Source: Macrostomum hystrix
Taxonomy: Eukaryota; Animalia; Platyhelminthes
Assembly (NCBI GenBank): GCA_950097015.1
Contig: CATNEN010000026.1
Coordinates: 248,001 to 312,000 of the forward strand
Reading direction: 5' to 3'
Length of the DNA: 64,000 nucleotides
Shown: positions 1-13,084 of the stretch, one piece after another
Layout: each line of letters starts with the position of its first letter
Numbering within the stretch: position 1 is the first letter of the stretch
Notes under the pieces: model-generated
Told to the model about the DNA's origin: nothing
Databases searched by the model: none
The model's input: the letters and a program-made list of their open reading frames with translations, nothing else
Made by a program: the position numbers and the translations under genes

Positions 1-710
1 GGGCCTACCTTCGCTCTCCCCCTCTCTCTCTCTCATTAAGACATTCCACCGAATCAGACTGGTTGCTATGGTTTTTCATCTTCCCATTGACCATATTTTC
101 CAGCTTTGCCGCAGCACTCCTACACAACCAATTTATTCGATTCCAATTCAACTTTGGCGGGGATTTGAAAGAGAGAAAATAAATATCACTACGCTACACA
201 CATACACACACTTCGCTATACAGAAAAATCCAAAACAGAGGATTTTAAATTATAGATCTGCAATTATGGCGGCCACTTCGTAATCTGAAAAACACGGGAT
301 AAAATAGATTCCATTTAGCTGGACTGTTCCGAGTTAGTGTCGGGGTTCCGGTGCGCGGCTGAGGATGTGGATTAAGACGCGGGCATTGTTGCATGACTGA
401 CACTGGGCGGCCCACAGCTTTAGTGTAAACAGCACCCCCCGTACAAGCAGACAAGTAGTTTGGGAACTAGATAAAGAGAAAACGCAGTACACAGTGCAGG
501 ACCATGATCAATAGAGATGTGGGCATAGAATTAAACGGTCAGATATTCAGACACAGAAGGGTGGAATATACGGCTAGTTGATTGGCAGCCAAGTCAATAG
601 ATTCATACTGGCATTCGTATACCTATCCTTGGCGTTTGGTATAGGGTCGGTGTACTGGCAATCAGTGCATGGACCTGCTACTCAGCAATCTGCTAGGAAA
701 CAATATTTTG

Positions 711-1320
711 TGGGAGACTGGGAGACTGGGAGACTGGGAGACTGGGAGACTGGGAGACTGGGAGACTGGGAGACTGGGAGACTGGGAGACTGGGAGACTG
801 GGAGACTGGGAGACTGGGGGACTGGGGGACTGCGGGAATGGGAGACGGGGGGACTGGGGGACTGGGAGACTGGGGGACTGGGAGACTGGGAGACTGGGAG
901 ACTGGGAGACTGGGAGACTGGGAGACTGGGGGACTGGGAGACTGGGAGACTGGGGGACTGGGGAAATGGGAGACGGGGGGAATGGGGGAATGGGGGACTG
1001 GGGGACTGGGAGACTGGGAGACTGGGGGACTGGGAGACTGGGAGACTGGGGGACTGGGGAAATGGGAGACGGGGGGAATGGGGGAATGGGGGACTGGGGG
1101 ACTGGGGGACTGGGGGACTGGGGGACTGGGGGACTGGGAGACTGGGAGACTGGGAGACAGGGGGACTGGGGGACTGGGGGACTGGGAGACTGGGAGACTG
1201 GGAGACAGGGGGACTGGGGGACTGGGGGACTGGGAGACTGGGAGACTGGGAGACAGGGGGACTGGGGGACTGGGGGACTGGGAGACAGGGGGACTGGGGG
1301 ACTGGGAGACTGGGAGAGAC
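711..1320. repeat. G-rich minisatellite (GGGAGACT/GGGGGACT)n
   Basis: 8-9 bp units, directly visible. Confidence 0.97.
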
Positions 1321-2200
1321 TCGGCTATGCAAGCGTACTGCTGAATTTATTAAAGGCACAGCTATACCGGCAGTTTTGTTTCAGATCGTGTATGAACAGG
1401 TATGATTTCCGATTTAAAATGATTCTATGAGATAGAAAGCGATATCAGACTATAGCTTTTGATGTACCCCGACGCGACAGACTAGATAAAATGACAAGAT
1501 TAACAACTAGGCTAAAGGAATACTTTAGGAAACAAATGATTATTTACACTGTGCTTATGCAGCTTCACTGGGCCAGGAAGCAGAGAGAAGATAGAGAAAG
1601 ACAGCAGAAATCTATAGCCCTCCTGGTCAGGTCGCATGGTAACACAGAGCAGAATGTGTTTGGGCCCTGTTTACACTGAGCCGGGACTGAAACTGATTGA
1701 TGACTCAGTACCTGTCTTAGCCCAGACCGGCCATTTAAAAGGGAAATGGGATTTCAGGATTGCAGGTTTCTGAGCGGGACATACTGGACTAGAAGTTTGC
1801 GCGCCTATTTTCCCATAGTAACCCGAAGCCTGAAGCTAATAGCTATGGTACAGAACAAGGCTAGAGATAAGGCTGAAGTGCCACGGACCCCCCGTCTGTC
1901 AGAGTTTGAAGATGGAGCTTTTGGCCGCCTGACATTATTACTTTGCGATGCAGACGAGAAAAGGTAATCTTGATTTAGTAGCCAGTTCAGAGACTATAAA
2001 GGATTCCATTTTTGGGGTTTTAGATCTCCCAAAATCACAGATAGGTCGATACAACTGACAAACCGATTGAGCTCAATGGACTTATTCGGTGATGTGGCAG
2101 TCTTCAAGGTCAAGTTGAACTGGAGGATGTGAGAGTGTCAGTAAACAGAGCTAGTCGTATTTTAAATCAATGCTCCGTTCAGAATCCCGTTTCTCGCGCC

Positions 2201-2436
2201 CGCAGATCGCATCCTACGGAGAGCTGGCCAGCAGAAACGGAAGCGAAGTCTGCCGCTACCAGCTGGACAAGGATCCCAAGGCCTGCTTCCCAAGGTACGC
2301 CCACTGCGCCAGGCACTACAATCCGTACGCTCGCTCGGACGAGTGCGAATGGCACACAGCGAACTGGAGCCGCTACAAAAAATGTCAGGAGGAGAATTTG
2401 ATGGATGAAGCGAATTGGATGGGCATTAAGGGCTGA
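2201..2436 (+). CDS. Probable terminal coding exon of an unidentified gene (Cys/His/aromatic-rich C-terminus)
   Basis: Pyrimidine-rich acceptor (cccgcag) followed by the open, non-repetitive, GC-rich frame IASYGELASRNGSEVCRYQLDKDPKACFPRYAHCARHYNPYARSDECEWHTANW...IKG*. Upstream exons could not be linked in phase. Confidence 0.45.
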
Positions 2437-4160
2437 CTTGCGTGAAGCTTTGGCTTGACTCAGACTGTAGGTTTACCATGCAATATTCGGCCAGCTGCTT
2501 TGGTAACTAAATGCGAGTTCGTTAGACAACAACTCGTTTTCGGCGATTGTACTGTCAGGTGGAAAAAAATTATTGATTAGTGTGTCGAATTCCTTGAAAA
2601 TCGCAACATTTCTCGACAAAATCGCTGAATTCTTCGAAAGTGTCGTTGAATTTCTCGATACAGTCGTGGAATTCATTGACAAGGTCGTCAGCAATATTTT
2701 CTGCCACGCACAATTCGCATGCAATTTTTTAGTCCCTTTTACTTCGTCCATCGCAAAACTCACTCGGAGCTGGCACAATTTACACTGTAAATTTGATGAC
2801 AAATGATAAGAATTTAGCAGTATCGTACCTCAACCAATCAAAAGTGATTCAGCAGTCGTGAGTCAACCAATCAGGAATGAATTCGCAGTGTGATAAGCCA
2901 GCCAATCATAAGTGAGGTTTTCGGTGACTATCTAGCAATCTAGCAGTTCGGACTCCTGTCCGCTTTTGCCCTTCGCTTGCCCATCGCAGAGTAGAATTGA
3001 AGGAACACTGAGTTGCTGCCACGTGCTCACAGACCGCACTTCCCCAAATTTTAATACCTGCTGCTACAGTTTTCATTTTAACTCATTATCATCACTGCTT
3101 TGTGAATTGTCGGCACTCTAAGTCGCTAGACAAGCGGCAGGAGTAGCAATGTGTCTTTGCGTCATTGCAATCATCCTAGACGCATATTATTATCCGCGAA
3201 TTGTGACTCATTTTGGGCGTTGAACTGTTTTGAAACTTGCAGAATGGCCCGAAGTTTGCGGGCTGCTTAAACCATATTATTATATATGTGGACTTTGAGC
3301 CATATATATACTAGCGATTATATTTATATATATCCTGCATTGGAAGATGATTACTCGTAGGACATGTGCACCTTTTCTGGCCGCTACCTCACAACCAATG
3401 CGCACCAAACATACTGGTCTAATTGAAGCATCAAATGATCACTCATTACCAAAGTCATCTTCATTCTAATGAACCTCATCTGTTCCGTTCTTTTTATACA
3501 CACAGAGAGCATTAGTTTGTTATGCTTTTGTTTTATCAAAGTCGCACTCGATCATTCGTTGTACAAGTTGTGCCTGATTCATTTTCGCCTGTACAACATA
3601 CGACAGTTTTCTAGCAAATGCCATAACGATGCCAGTTTAGATAAATAAGAAATCTATTGTTTTCTATTGTTTTCTGGCGGATTGACTTGGAATTCAGTCG
3701 AATTTTTCTACTTAGTCGAAGGCAATGAGTTAAATTTTAAGGTGTGTGTTTTACGAGTATTTCGAAGTTCAAGTCCCGTCAATGTTTATAAAAGTCTGTA
3801 AAATAGACCAGCTCTCATGACCAGATTTTTGTCGCTTCATCATACTATCGCCATACGTCCGCCACACAATTGTAGCCATAGGAGAAAGCCCTCTACGAAA
3901 TCTATGTTCTAGTCATATTTTACTGTTTAATACCAGACTTTAAGCCTAATTGGAAAACCAATCATTTTCTGCTTGCAAAGCTTATTCATCTGATACTGCA
4001 GTCCGTTGTCCCATTTTTGTATTTTTGCTGCCCTTTCTATGTCATCCTCTCACCAACCTACCTCTTCCTACCTTCCACAACGCCATTGAGCTCTGAAGAA
4101 GCCGATGCGCTCAGAGATTTTTTTCAAAACTAAGGCCTGTTAAACACATGCCACTCGCGT

Positions 4161-4450
4161 CTCTCGCGGGGTGATGTCAAGGCCTTGCCCGACATTAAAC
4201 CCTTGACCCTCACATCTCTCGCGGGGTGATGTCAAGGCCTTGCCCGACATTAAACCCTTGACCCTCACATCTCTCGCGGGGTGATGTCAAGGCCTTGCCC
4301 GACATTAAACCCTTGACCCTCACATCTCTCGCGGGGTGATGTCAAGGCCTTGCCCGACATTAAACCCTTGACCCTCACATCTCTCGCGGGGTGATGTCAA
4401 GGCCTTGCCCGACATTAAACCCTTGACCCTCACATCTCTCGCGGGGTGAC
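4161..4450. repeat. 55-bp tandem repeat, 5 identical copies plus a partial copy
   Basis: ctctcgcggggtgatgtcaaggcc... recurs at 4161, 4216, 4271, 4326, 4381 and 4436. Confidence 0.97.
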
Positions 4451-6477
4451 ATCGAGGTCCGTGGCATGGTTTTAAGCCCTGCTCCTCGAGCCCAATGAGA
4501 CCTACCTGATCGTTTAAAGGTAACTCCTTTATCGCATTGTGTTGTGCGCAGGTGTCTCGCAGATTTTTGCCAGCCGCTTTTCTATTTACAAACTCGCACG
4601 CAGATATTTTTTCGCCCATCCCAACCGCCGCAATTCGCGACTTCGCTTGATTCTAGTTTGACACTAAACAATAAGATTGTCGCGGATCCGTTATCCATTC
4701 CATTGACGCATCTTCGCTGCAGATTGCATTGCTAAATTGAAACATTTTTCTTCTCGCTACCTTTTTATACGCATTAGGTCTGCTCGTGTTTAAGCAAAGA
4801 TTTTCATTCGCCTAAGTGTTATATGAGAAAGCAACTGCTCTCTGCATGGAATAACGTATCTTAAAGCTTTAAATTTTATCGTTTTATCTTGTCTTATAGG
4901 CATTGGTTTTACTTTGAAAGAATTTAGTAAAAAGTTCAAGGTAACCATAGAAAGGTGCAGTAACAATAGATGTCATGCAAATTTCCATCTCGCTTAAGAC
5001 TGTTGCATCCTTTTTTGTTTGGAATGAACATTTGCTATGGACATTTGAACAACTTTTTAACACAAAACACAGAATCGAGTCACAGCCCCACCTGGAATCC
5101 CAAATTTCCTGTCTCGTCCTTCGTCCCATCACAGCGCTCTTTTCTCCGCCACTGTCTGTGTTAAGAGTGCATAAATTTGGCACACGCAAATATACAAAAC
5201 TAAGCTAGTGGCGAAGTCGTCAATGAAGGGGGCTTGCTAAGTTGCTCTGTTGGCTTCCTTATAATGCAGTGTGGTCAAGTTTTCTTTATTTTAATTTATT
5301 CCCAGAACGGATAACTAGCAGTGCGTACGTGCGCCCCGCCTGATCTGGTATCTGGGCAGCGCAAAGTGTTCGCGCACTGGTATTCCCGCAGAATTCGGAA
5401 GCTGCCGACTGCTATCGACCGAGCCGACCTCCACCCCATCGAGTATATATAGATATGGATTTATATATATAACAAGGCTGGCCCCGAAGAACTGACTGAA
5501 GCGAGTTTCGAGATAGATACGGATATTTAGGGCGAGGTTGGCAAGAAATGAAGCAAAGGCCTAGAGATGCGCATGCGTCAGCAAGTGCTGGGTCAAATCT
5601 TGCTAGTATCTTCAGCTCCATTGTGTATACAGTATCTTTCCTTCCGTCTATCCCGTTCTGTAGTCTCCTTCTGTAGGCCCCCACCTATGGACCTCCATCT
5701 GCGAATCCGGAGAGAGAGAGAATCGGCTGCCGCTGATGGAAGGTTCCATCAAAGCGTACAAAGCTCTATAGCTTAAACTTTGCGATAGGGGCAATCCGCC
5801 GCCGCGTCCGACTTTTATTTCTTTCTTCTTCTTCTCTTCTAATTCCTTGCGAATGGGATTTAGATGAAGGCGAATAGGAGGGCAACGAATAGGGAGGTTC
5901 GGGAAGCGAAGGTTGTCCTAATCTGGCCCTGTTTTGCAGCGCCATCTTTCACTTGACGGTCTGGTCTGTAGCCGCTTGACGCTTGCCCGTTCTTTGCGCT
6001 CTTTCTCTTTCTCTCTCGCTCTCCGTGCCTCGCTGGTGGGACCCTCGCTTGATGGCTAGAGAATTGGGCTAATCCTTCGGGCGGAAACGGAGCAGAAGAA
6101 AATATTGCATCGGCGAAGGGCATGATGGCGGCCCGAACGGCTACTCGGCAGCCGGCCCACTGATAATATTTCTTCCCTGAACCGCAGCTCCGTAAGTTTT
6201 CCATGAAAGCTATAAGGGAACGGGTAGGCCCCCTTATTGAACGCTACCAAACCTCAAAGCTTGGCTAAGGCGTGAAACAAGGTGCTGTTTGTCAGTTATA
6301 AGCGGGTTCTTTCATGCTTTGTATGCTTACCCGAGCTTTGATGTTTTGTTAATGGGTTTGTATTTGTTGCCAGTGGCAGCTAGATGCGCCGCTTAGGTAA
6401 GTGCAAGAGGTCACGTTTTAGTATCGAGAAACTTTCGCTTTTCAAAATACGTCAAATTTAGAAGTTAAACGCCTTCA

Positions 6478-6725
6478 GTGTCAGGAACTGAAGTGTCAGG
6501 AACTGAAGTGTCAGGAACTGAAGTGTCAGGAACTGAAGTGTCAGGAACTGAAGTGTCAGGAACTGAAGTGTCAGGAACTGAAGTGTCAGGAACTGAAGTG
6601 TCAGGAACTGAAGTGTCAGGAACTGAAGTGTCAGGAACTGAAGTGTCAGGAACTGAAGTGTCAGGAACTGAAGTGTCAGGAACTGAAGTGTCAGGAACTG
6701 AAGTGTCAGGAACTGAAGTGTCAGA
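6478..6725. repeat. 15-bp minisatellite (GTGTCAGGAACTGAA)n
   Basis: Perfect array. Confidence 0.97.
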
Positions 6726-6818
6726 AATGGAATGTCATATCGTGAACATCAAAATTATGGGAGAAACTCACAGTCGAATGAAGCAATTACAAAATTGATA
6801 GTAACTAAGGCTACTCAC

Positions 6819-9800
6819 CAAATCCTGATATTTCGGATAGAAGGCCTGCTCAACTAGCGGGAAGTTCTCTCTGCCGACGCGGCTCTGAATCTGGGCCAGA
6901 TGGCTGAACTGCAATTTAGTGATTTGCAATGTTAAAATGCGCCTATCGCATAATAATAATGACAATAATTGCAGTAGGGCTGCAGGCAATGGCACATCAT
7001 TTGGTGACACTGGACCCGCAGCCAGCGAGGAGGCAATTCTGCCCATTTCGCTGACTCCTGAGCACACGCGCGCACAGATACCGTACGCAGGCATACGCTC
7101 ACACAGGTGTGTACATCTGCCCTGACTTTCTCATCGTCAGACAGTGTACACTCTCACTGTGCCTTGGAGGTTGACCCTCAAGGGCGCAAATTGCACGACA
7201 AGCCCACAGGCCTTCTCTCCGCGACTGCGCACCAATTGAATGTGGCCTCGCCGCGGAATCGAGCTCAGGGACATTGGTGCGAGAGGCAGACGCGTTATGC
7301 GCTCTGCCTCTCACCCCCTGCGTCAGTCGCAGGTTCTACATTTGACTCCGTCCAGAAAAGCTCCAAGGAACTCACCAGCCATGATCTCTCGGCCAATCCG
7401 TACAATGCGTTCGATTGGTTGACCGTCGGCACGCCTCCGTGGGCCAGGCCAATCACAATCGACCGCCAGTCCGTGCTGGCATCGCGAACCCGCTGCCGCA
7501 CCAGAGCAAAGTCGGGCCGGAATGCCCTGAGTACAGTTTGTAAAGAGCTCAGTGTTCTAATTAAATCGTGGCTGTTGAGGTAGCAGATGCTTCTGGGAAA
7601 TAGCAATTCAAAATGTTGTGAGGTTGTCAACGACGCGCTCACAGACGGAGACAATCCCATGCGGAGTGAGGTTGGTGTTTGTCAACCACGCGCTCACAGA
7701 CGGAGACAAACCCATGCGGAGGGAGGTTGGTGTTTGTCAACCACGCGCTCACAGACGGAGACAAACCCATGCGGAGGGAGGTTGGTGTTTGTCACCACGC
7801 GCTCACAGACGGAGACAAACCCATGCGGAGGGAGGTTGGTGTTTGTCAACCACGCGCTCACAGACGGAGACATCCATGCGGAGGGAGGTTGTTGTTTGTC
7901 AACCACGCGCTCACAGACGGAGACATCCATGCGGAGGGAGGTTGGTGTTTGTCACCACGCGCTCACAGACGGAGACAAACCCATGCGGAGGGAGGTTGGT
8001 GTTTGTCAACCACGCGCTCACAGACGGAGACATCCATGCGGAGGGAGGTTGTTGTTTGTAACCGTTTAAAACTCGCAGCATTGAGGCCCAGCACTACTTG
8101 CAGCACTCACTGAAGCGAATAATCTAGATCTAACTGCAATTCTAACTCGGACTAAATATCTAAGAAAAGTGTTCTATAACCACAAGGCTGGACTCAGAAC
8201 TAGCCCGTATCCAATAAAATTTGGGCTGCGAGCAAGCCAAAGGTCTAAAATGGCTTTGCCTAGCAAGGCCAAAGATGAAATTGGAGCGCGAAATGCCCTA
8301 GAGAATTGGGGCACTGACCAGCTGCCGAGAGGCGCCCCCTACTCTGAAATGCGAAAGCAGACCTGATGAAGCACTTCTTCGTCTCTTTATTCTTCTACTG
8401 CAGCTCACAAGAGAGAAGGGAAAGGGAGCCAAGTGGAGCTGAGCAGGGCTGTTGTTTGCTCACCGGCCGCCTCGATTGCCAGATCGATCCGCTGATATTT
8501 CCACCAGACAGCCCTGGCCTGCGTACGAGACCAGGCTGATGTCGCTGAATGCGGCCTGTGGGTCAGGCAGCGCGGGCAGGCCGATTGCATGGATAATCAT
8601 ACGAGCTAATATTACATGTTCCGAGAAAGGACGGGAACTGAGTTGATTGCTAATATCAGGCCTATACAATATGGAACCGATCGAGCCAGATTATAAAAAC
8701 AATTTTCTCAAACTCTTCTCCGAAATTATACTTCATAACCCGAAGTGAGACTTCAGTACATTTAACCTTGAGGACTTTAAGGTTATCGTTACAGACGAAT
8801 GCCTTTTACAAGGTGAGGGATTGACAGCCATTCTGGGATTATTAACAAAATTCGGCATTATCATCCCTAATCGAGTTGATATATTATCGAGCAAAAATCA
8901 TCATCAGGTAACCGATTATCACCAATTAAGGGATAATCATCAATTGAGGGATAATCAGCAATTGAGGGATTATCATCAATTGAGGGATTATCATCAATTG
9001 AGGGATTATCATCAATTGAGGGATTATCATCAATTGAGGGATTATCATCAATTGAGGGATTATCATCAATTGAGGAATTATCATCAATTGAGGGATTATC
9101 ATCAACTGAGGGATTATCATCAATTGAGGGATTATCATCAATTGAGGGATTATCATCAATTGAGGGATTATCATCAGGTGGAGATAATCATCGGGTAGAG
9201 ATAATTATCAGGTGGAGATTATCATCAGATGGAGATTAGCATCAGATGAGGGGATATAAAAAACGAAAGATTATTATCACGAGAGGGATTTCGTACAGAG
9301 ATCTTTGGGTTGCAAGCCAAATTAATTAAACAACAAGTAAAAAATAGTTTTCCTTTCGAGCTTTTACCTGTTCAACTCGAATGTCCCAGTCGGTCATGAT
9401 TTTTCGGCTTCTGAAGTATTTCGACCTAGGGGTGAGGTCAAGGAGGGCCGCGGTGTTGGAATAACAAAGACTATTGAAATAGTCACATCGACAGCAGCTC
9501 CATTCCCTACCAGTCTGTGTGCGGCTCATCAATCACCAGCAGTACTTTGCATCGGTCCGGGTTGTAGCCCCGATTGGCAGCAAAAATGCCTCTCTGAATG
9601 GTGCTGCTAATTTGGCCCGTGAGGCCGCCGGTGGCACCGGTGAGCTGACCGGTGAGGTTGGCGACGCCGCTGGCTGAGAACATGCTGGATGGCGCCTGTT
9701 GCTGATGCTGCTGGTGTTGCTGCTGATGCTGCGCCTGCGAAGAAGCGGTCGACTTTGACGGCGAAGTGGGCGCGCTGGGATACGGACCCCGACGGGCCGG

Positions 9801-9917
9801 GCCGCCTCCTCCGCCGTAGCCTCCGCTGCCTGCACTGGGCGCCGGGGGCGGCGGCGGGGGTCCCGACTGCGAGCCGCCCGTGATACTGTTAAAAAAACCG
9901 GCGATACTCTGATGCGC

Positions 9918-9956
<39 letters not shown>

Positions 9957-10064
9957 CTGCTGATGAAGCTGCTGATGCTGCTGCTGATGCTGCTGCTGTC
10001 TATTGTCTGCCGCTTCACCCTGCAGGTCGCCGGACGAGAAGCGACGCTTGAAGTAGCCGAACAT
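6819..10064 (-). CDS. Syn: Synapsin, 5' five coding exons: 10064-9511, 9425-9368, 8555-8464, 7526-7376, 6908-6819. Remaining exons not found in the window.
   Basis: The N-terminus MFGYFKRRFSSGDLQGE matches invertebrate synapsin domain A with its PKA site (RRFS). After a Q/P/G-rich linker comes the C domain: KVLLVIDEPHTDW|SKYFRSRKIMTDWDIRVEQ|AAFSDISL..|RAFRPDFALVRQRVRD..GLAHGGVPTVN..|FSHLAQIQSRVGRENFPLVEQAFYP. All junctions are GT-AG and phase-compatible (2,0,2,0). Confidence 0.93.
6951..7318 (-). mobile_element. SINE family B copy filling most of synapsin intron 4
   Basis: Near-identical to 12411-12775 over its length (gacccgcagccagcgaggaggcaattctgcccatt...), with an ATT tail and a B-box-like gctcgattcc. 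Confidence 0.85.
7633..8058. repeat. About 53-55 bp tandem repeat in synapsin intron 3
   Basis: ccacgcgctcacagacggagacaaacccatgcggagggaggttggtgtttgtc units. Confidence 0.95.
8926..9178. repeat. 18-bp minisatellite in synapsin intron 2
   Basis: (ttgagggattatcatcaa)n. Confidence 0.96.
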
Positions 10065-11455
10065 GTCCGCTGGAGGCGGGATAAGTGTGTACTGATCATT
10101 GTGTTATGAGTTTTCCCAATTTGACATTCTCACAACCTGCCAGTCCTGTCGGGTACTCATTTCTCAGTTAGTTGTATGGATACCGCTGTTTGATTGGCGT
10201 ATTTGGCACTCAACTCCAAAGTTGATTTTCTGGCCACCCAACACTCTCACACCTAGAAGCTCATGTGCTGATTGGCTGGCATCCACCCCACACTCTCAAA
10301 CCTAGAAACTCATGTGCTCATTGGCTGGCGTACGACCCACACTCTCAAACCTACGAGCGTAGAAGCCCCTGCGCTGATTGGCTTGCGTCCACCCCACACT
10401 CTCAAACCTAGGAAGCTTCGAAGTTGCTGATTTGTTGAAGTCCATCCAATTCTCTTAATCCACTATCGCTGATTGGTTAGAGTAGCTATCCACCCCACAG
10501 CTCACCAATATCCTCTCAGTCTTCTATCTCAGTCTCAGAAAGGCTACACACGCACGCAGCTCCCATCTTCCAGCCTTTCTTACACCTGGCTAGTCGCATC
10601 TGCAAAGCCTGGCAGAAGAAGAGCAGCTTTAGTTTATAACTTACAATAACTTCTAAAATGTAGACCAACAATTGCTTCGAGCTATCCACACTGTTTTGCA
10701 TAATTTAAACAGTAAGCAGCCACAGCCTTACTGCCTTGGGATAAATGTGAGTATATTTGCCTAGCCACTGCCCCATATGCGAAAATAATTTATGAGTCTG
10801 CGTTCACGGCCCAACTGTTGGCTGAAGTGGCAGATTTTGCGCCAGCTGAAATGAAATCTCCTTTTAGTGGCCCTTGTCCAAGGACCCCTGAATAGAAGCA
10901 TCTGGACTGGAAGCTAAAAATCTGAGTCACATTTTATTTACCACTGGAGGCCACTGCTATGATATAGGAAATTTGGAAACGAGCAAGGGCTTTTGTGAAA
11001 AAAAAACTGGTTTGGGGGACCAACTAGGGGGTAAGAAAAACCGCAATGTACATTGAGAAACGAAGCCCCACGCGCAGTAGGAGGTGGGTTGCTTTTTGCC
11101 CTCCTTATGTACATTAGAAGGGAGAGAAAGAATAAGCTAGAATGTAGATGGACTTTAAGGCCTGACTAACGATAACTTGGCGTTTCTTTTTATTTCACAG
11201 TATATGATATTCCACTTTACACTAGAGTCCCAAAGCTCACATATCTACTTCTTTCAAGAGTCAAGACTATCTACAAGTTAGTCTTGTAGATAATCTACAT
11301 TTCTACTAATCTACTAATCTACATTTATCATATAATTTCGTCAAAGTAAAAAATCGAACAAGACACAGAAGTATTGCAAATTAATTTCAAATCCATATAG
11401 ACGAATAGAAACAAAGAATTATACTTCTGCTTTCATCGACTCATCATACTATGCA

Positions 11456-13084
11456 ATGGTCAATAAGTGCTCCGCATTTGGATGTAAGAGCGGCTACAAG
11501 CACAGCACAACGCCGGATTCGATCACATTCCATCGCTATCCACTGCACGAGGCAAGCTTGTTAGAAAGTGGATTAAAGCGAAGCGAATCCTCGGAAGGAT
11601 TTTAAGCCAACAGAGCATTGGAGACTATGCTCGCTTCATTTCACATCGCAGGACTTTGTTCAAGTGACAAAGGACAGCAATCCGACTCGGTGAAACTCTA
11701 AATGTGCAGGTCTTCTAGAAAGACCTTATCTGCAGCCTCAGGAAGTTCCTACAATCTTCCCGAATGCGCCTATTTATCTTTCTTCTCATGCGACTGTAGC
11801 ACGCAGTACGAGCAAGGCATCGTCATTTTCGCGTCTTCAAAGCGACAATACTCGTCAGCAAAACCAAGAAGCCTGCTTTCTGTCCTCTGATTCACTCCTA
11901 GGCCGCTCCCTGCTAGACATCAAATTGCTTCTTGATTCTGAAGTCAGCAAGCCTACTAGGTTTTATGTGAGCAGTTGCAACGAGCATTTGTATATATATA
12001 TGCTGGACGTAAGTCAGGGCTGTCAAATAGCTTGCTACATCCGGATAGCGTTGAACTACACTGTTTCCATCGGTATAAAAAACACAACAGTTGCTATGAC
12101 TCAATTTTCCGATCTGATTGATGAAGATGGCTGTGTGCCCTCTGTAAGTTGCATTCTTAATTTAATGTCACGATTGAAAAGCTTGAAGGAAGAGCTGGAG
12201 CCACTTTCGGATGAAAATTCTGTGACAAATGAGTTAAGAGAGCGACAACATCGTCAGTATTTAAACCTGGCTGAATCTAATCTAGAAAGTGCACTCGAGA
12301 GGCTGGATGACAGGTTGCTCGCATTCGTTCTGGAGCAGCTTCAGTTGAATCGAAGGGCTTCATCTAGGAGGATCTACTCCCAGGAACTGCTGATATTCAG
12401 CTACATGATTAATAATAATAATAATTGCAGGAGGGCTGCGGGCAATGGCACATCATTTGGTGACACTAGACCCGCAGCCAGCGAGGAGGCAATTCTGCCC
12501 ATTTCGCTGACTCCTGAGCACACACGCACACAAATACTGTACGCAGGCACACGCTCACACAGGTGTGCACATCTGCCCTGACTTTCTCATCGTCAGGCAG
12601 TGTACACTTCACTGTGCCTTGGAGGTTGGCCCTCAAGGGCGTCAATTGCACGACAAGCCCCAAAGCCTTCTCTCCGCGGCTGCGCCCCAAATAAATGTGG
12701 CCTCGCCGTGGAATTGAACTTAGGGACCGTGGTGCGAGAGGCAAACGCGTTAACCGCTCTGCCACCGACCCCCCTAGCTACATGATTTACTCATCGAGCT
12801 CTGCTGCGTACAACATTCTCAGGCAACAAGTACTTTGCTTGCCATCTGAACGGCAATTACAGCTGCTGTGCCGCTTATTTGACGAGTTGATGGATGATGA
12901 GCTATATTCTTCAATCATGTGTTCGACCTCCTGCACTGAAGGACATGACATTAAACTCGCAGTTCAGAAGTCTTTTTTTAACTGTCTGATGAAGAATCTG
13001 GTGAATGATTTGTCTACGGATGGAGGCGCTGGCCGAAGGAAGAGAAAAGTGGCAAAGCTGACTGGTGCGATAAGTCCAAAATGA
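11456..13084 (+). pseudogene. THAP-domain / P-element(THAP9)-type transposase remnant: frameshifted, internally deleted and SINE-interrupted
   Basis: MVNKCSAFGC..FHRYP..KWI..RKDFKPTEHWRLCSLHF..EVPTIF is the THAP C2CH signature plus AVPTIF box, spread over two frameshifts. FVLEQLQL..RRIYSQELLIFSYMI|YSSSSAAYNILRQQVLCLPSERQL resembles the P-transposase N-terminal region. It is joined directly to a C-terminal-type segment (C..GH..KSFFNCLMKN..RKRKVAKL*). No DDE core is present. Confidence 0.75.
12411..12775 (-). mobile_element. tRNA-derived SINE, family B (about 365 bp), with a 12-bp target-site duplication
   Basis: tRNA-like head with A/B boxes and an (ATT)n tail. It is flanked by agctacatgatt at 12399-12410 and 12776-12787. 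Removing it restores the transposase frame (SYMI-YSSS). Confidence 0.88.

Noticed and set aside
578-1430. ORFs of (GDWETGRL)n, one with a signal-like N-terminus
   Set aside because: Products of the 8-9 bp G-rich repeat in several frames at once.
2573-2720. Amphipathic heptad ORF (FLDKIAE FFESVVE FLDTVVE)
   Set aside because: Explained by a degenerate 21-bp DNA repeat open on both strands.
4161-4450. CRISPR-like 55-bp periodicity
   Set aside because: Units are identical end to end, with no spacers.
5290-6250. GC-rich coding-like segment
   Set aside because: Several short ORFs on both strands but no recognisable motif, splice chain or synapsin similarity; left unannotated.
7122-7141. Hammerhead ribozyme core in SINE B (CTGACGA..GAAA)
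   Set aside because: CTGAC pairs with GTCAG as a simple hairpin; stems I-III and the cleavage triplet cannot be arranged.
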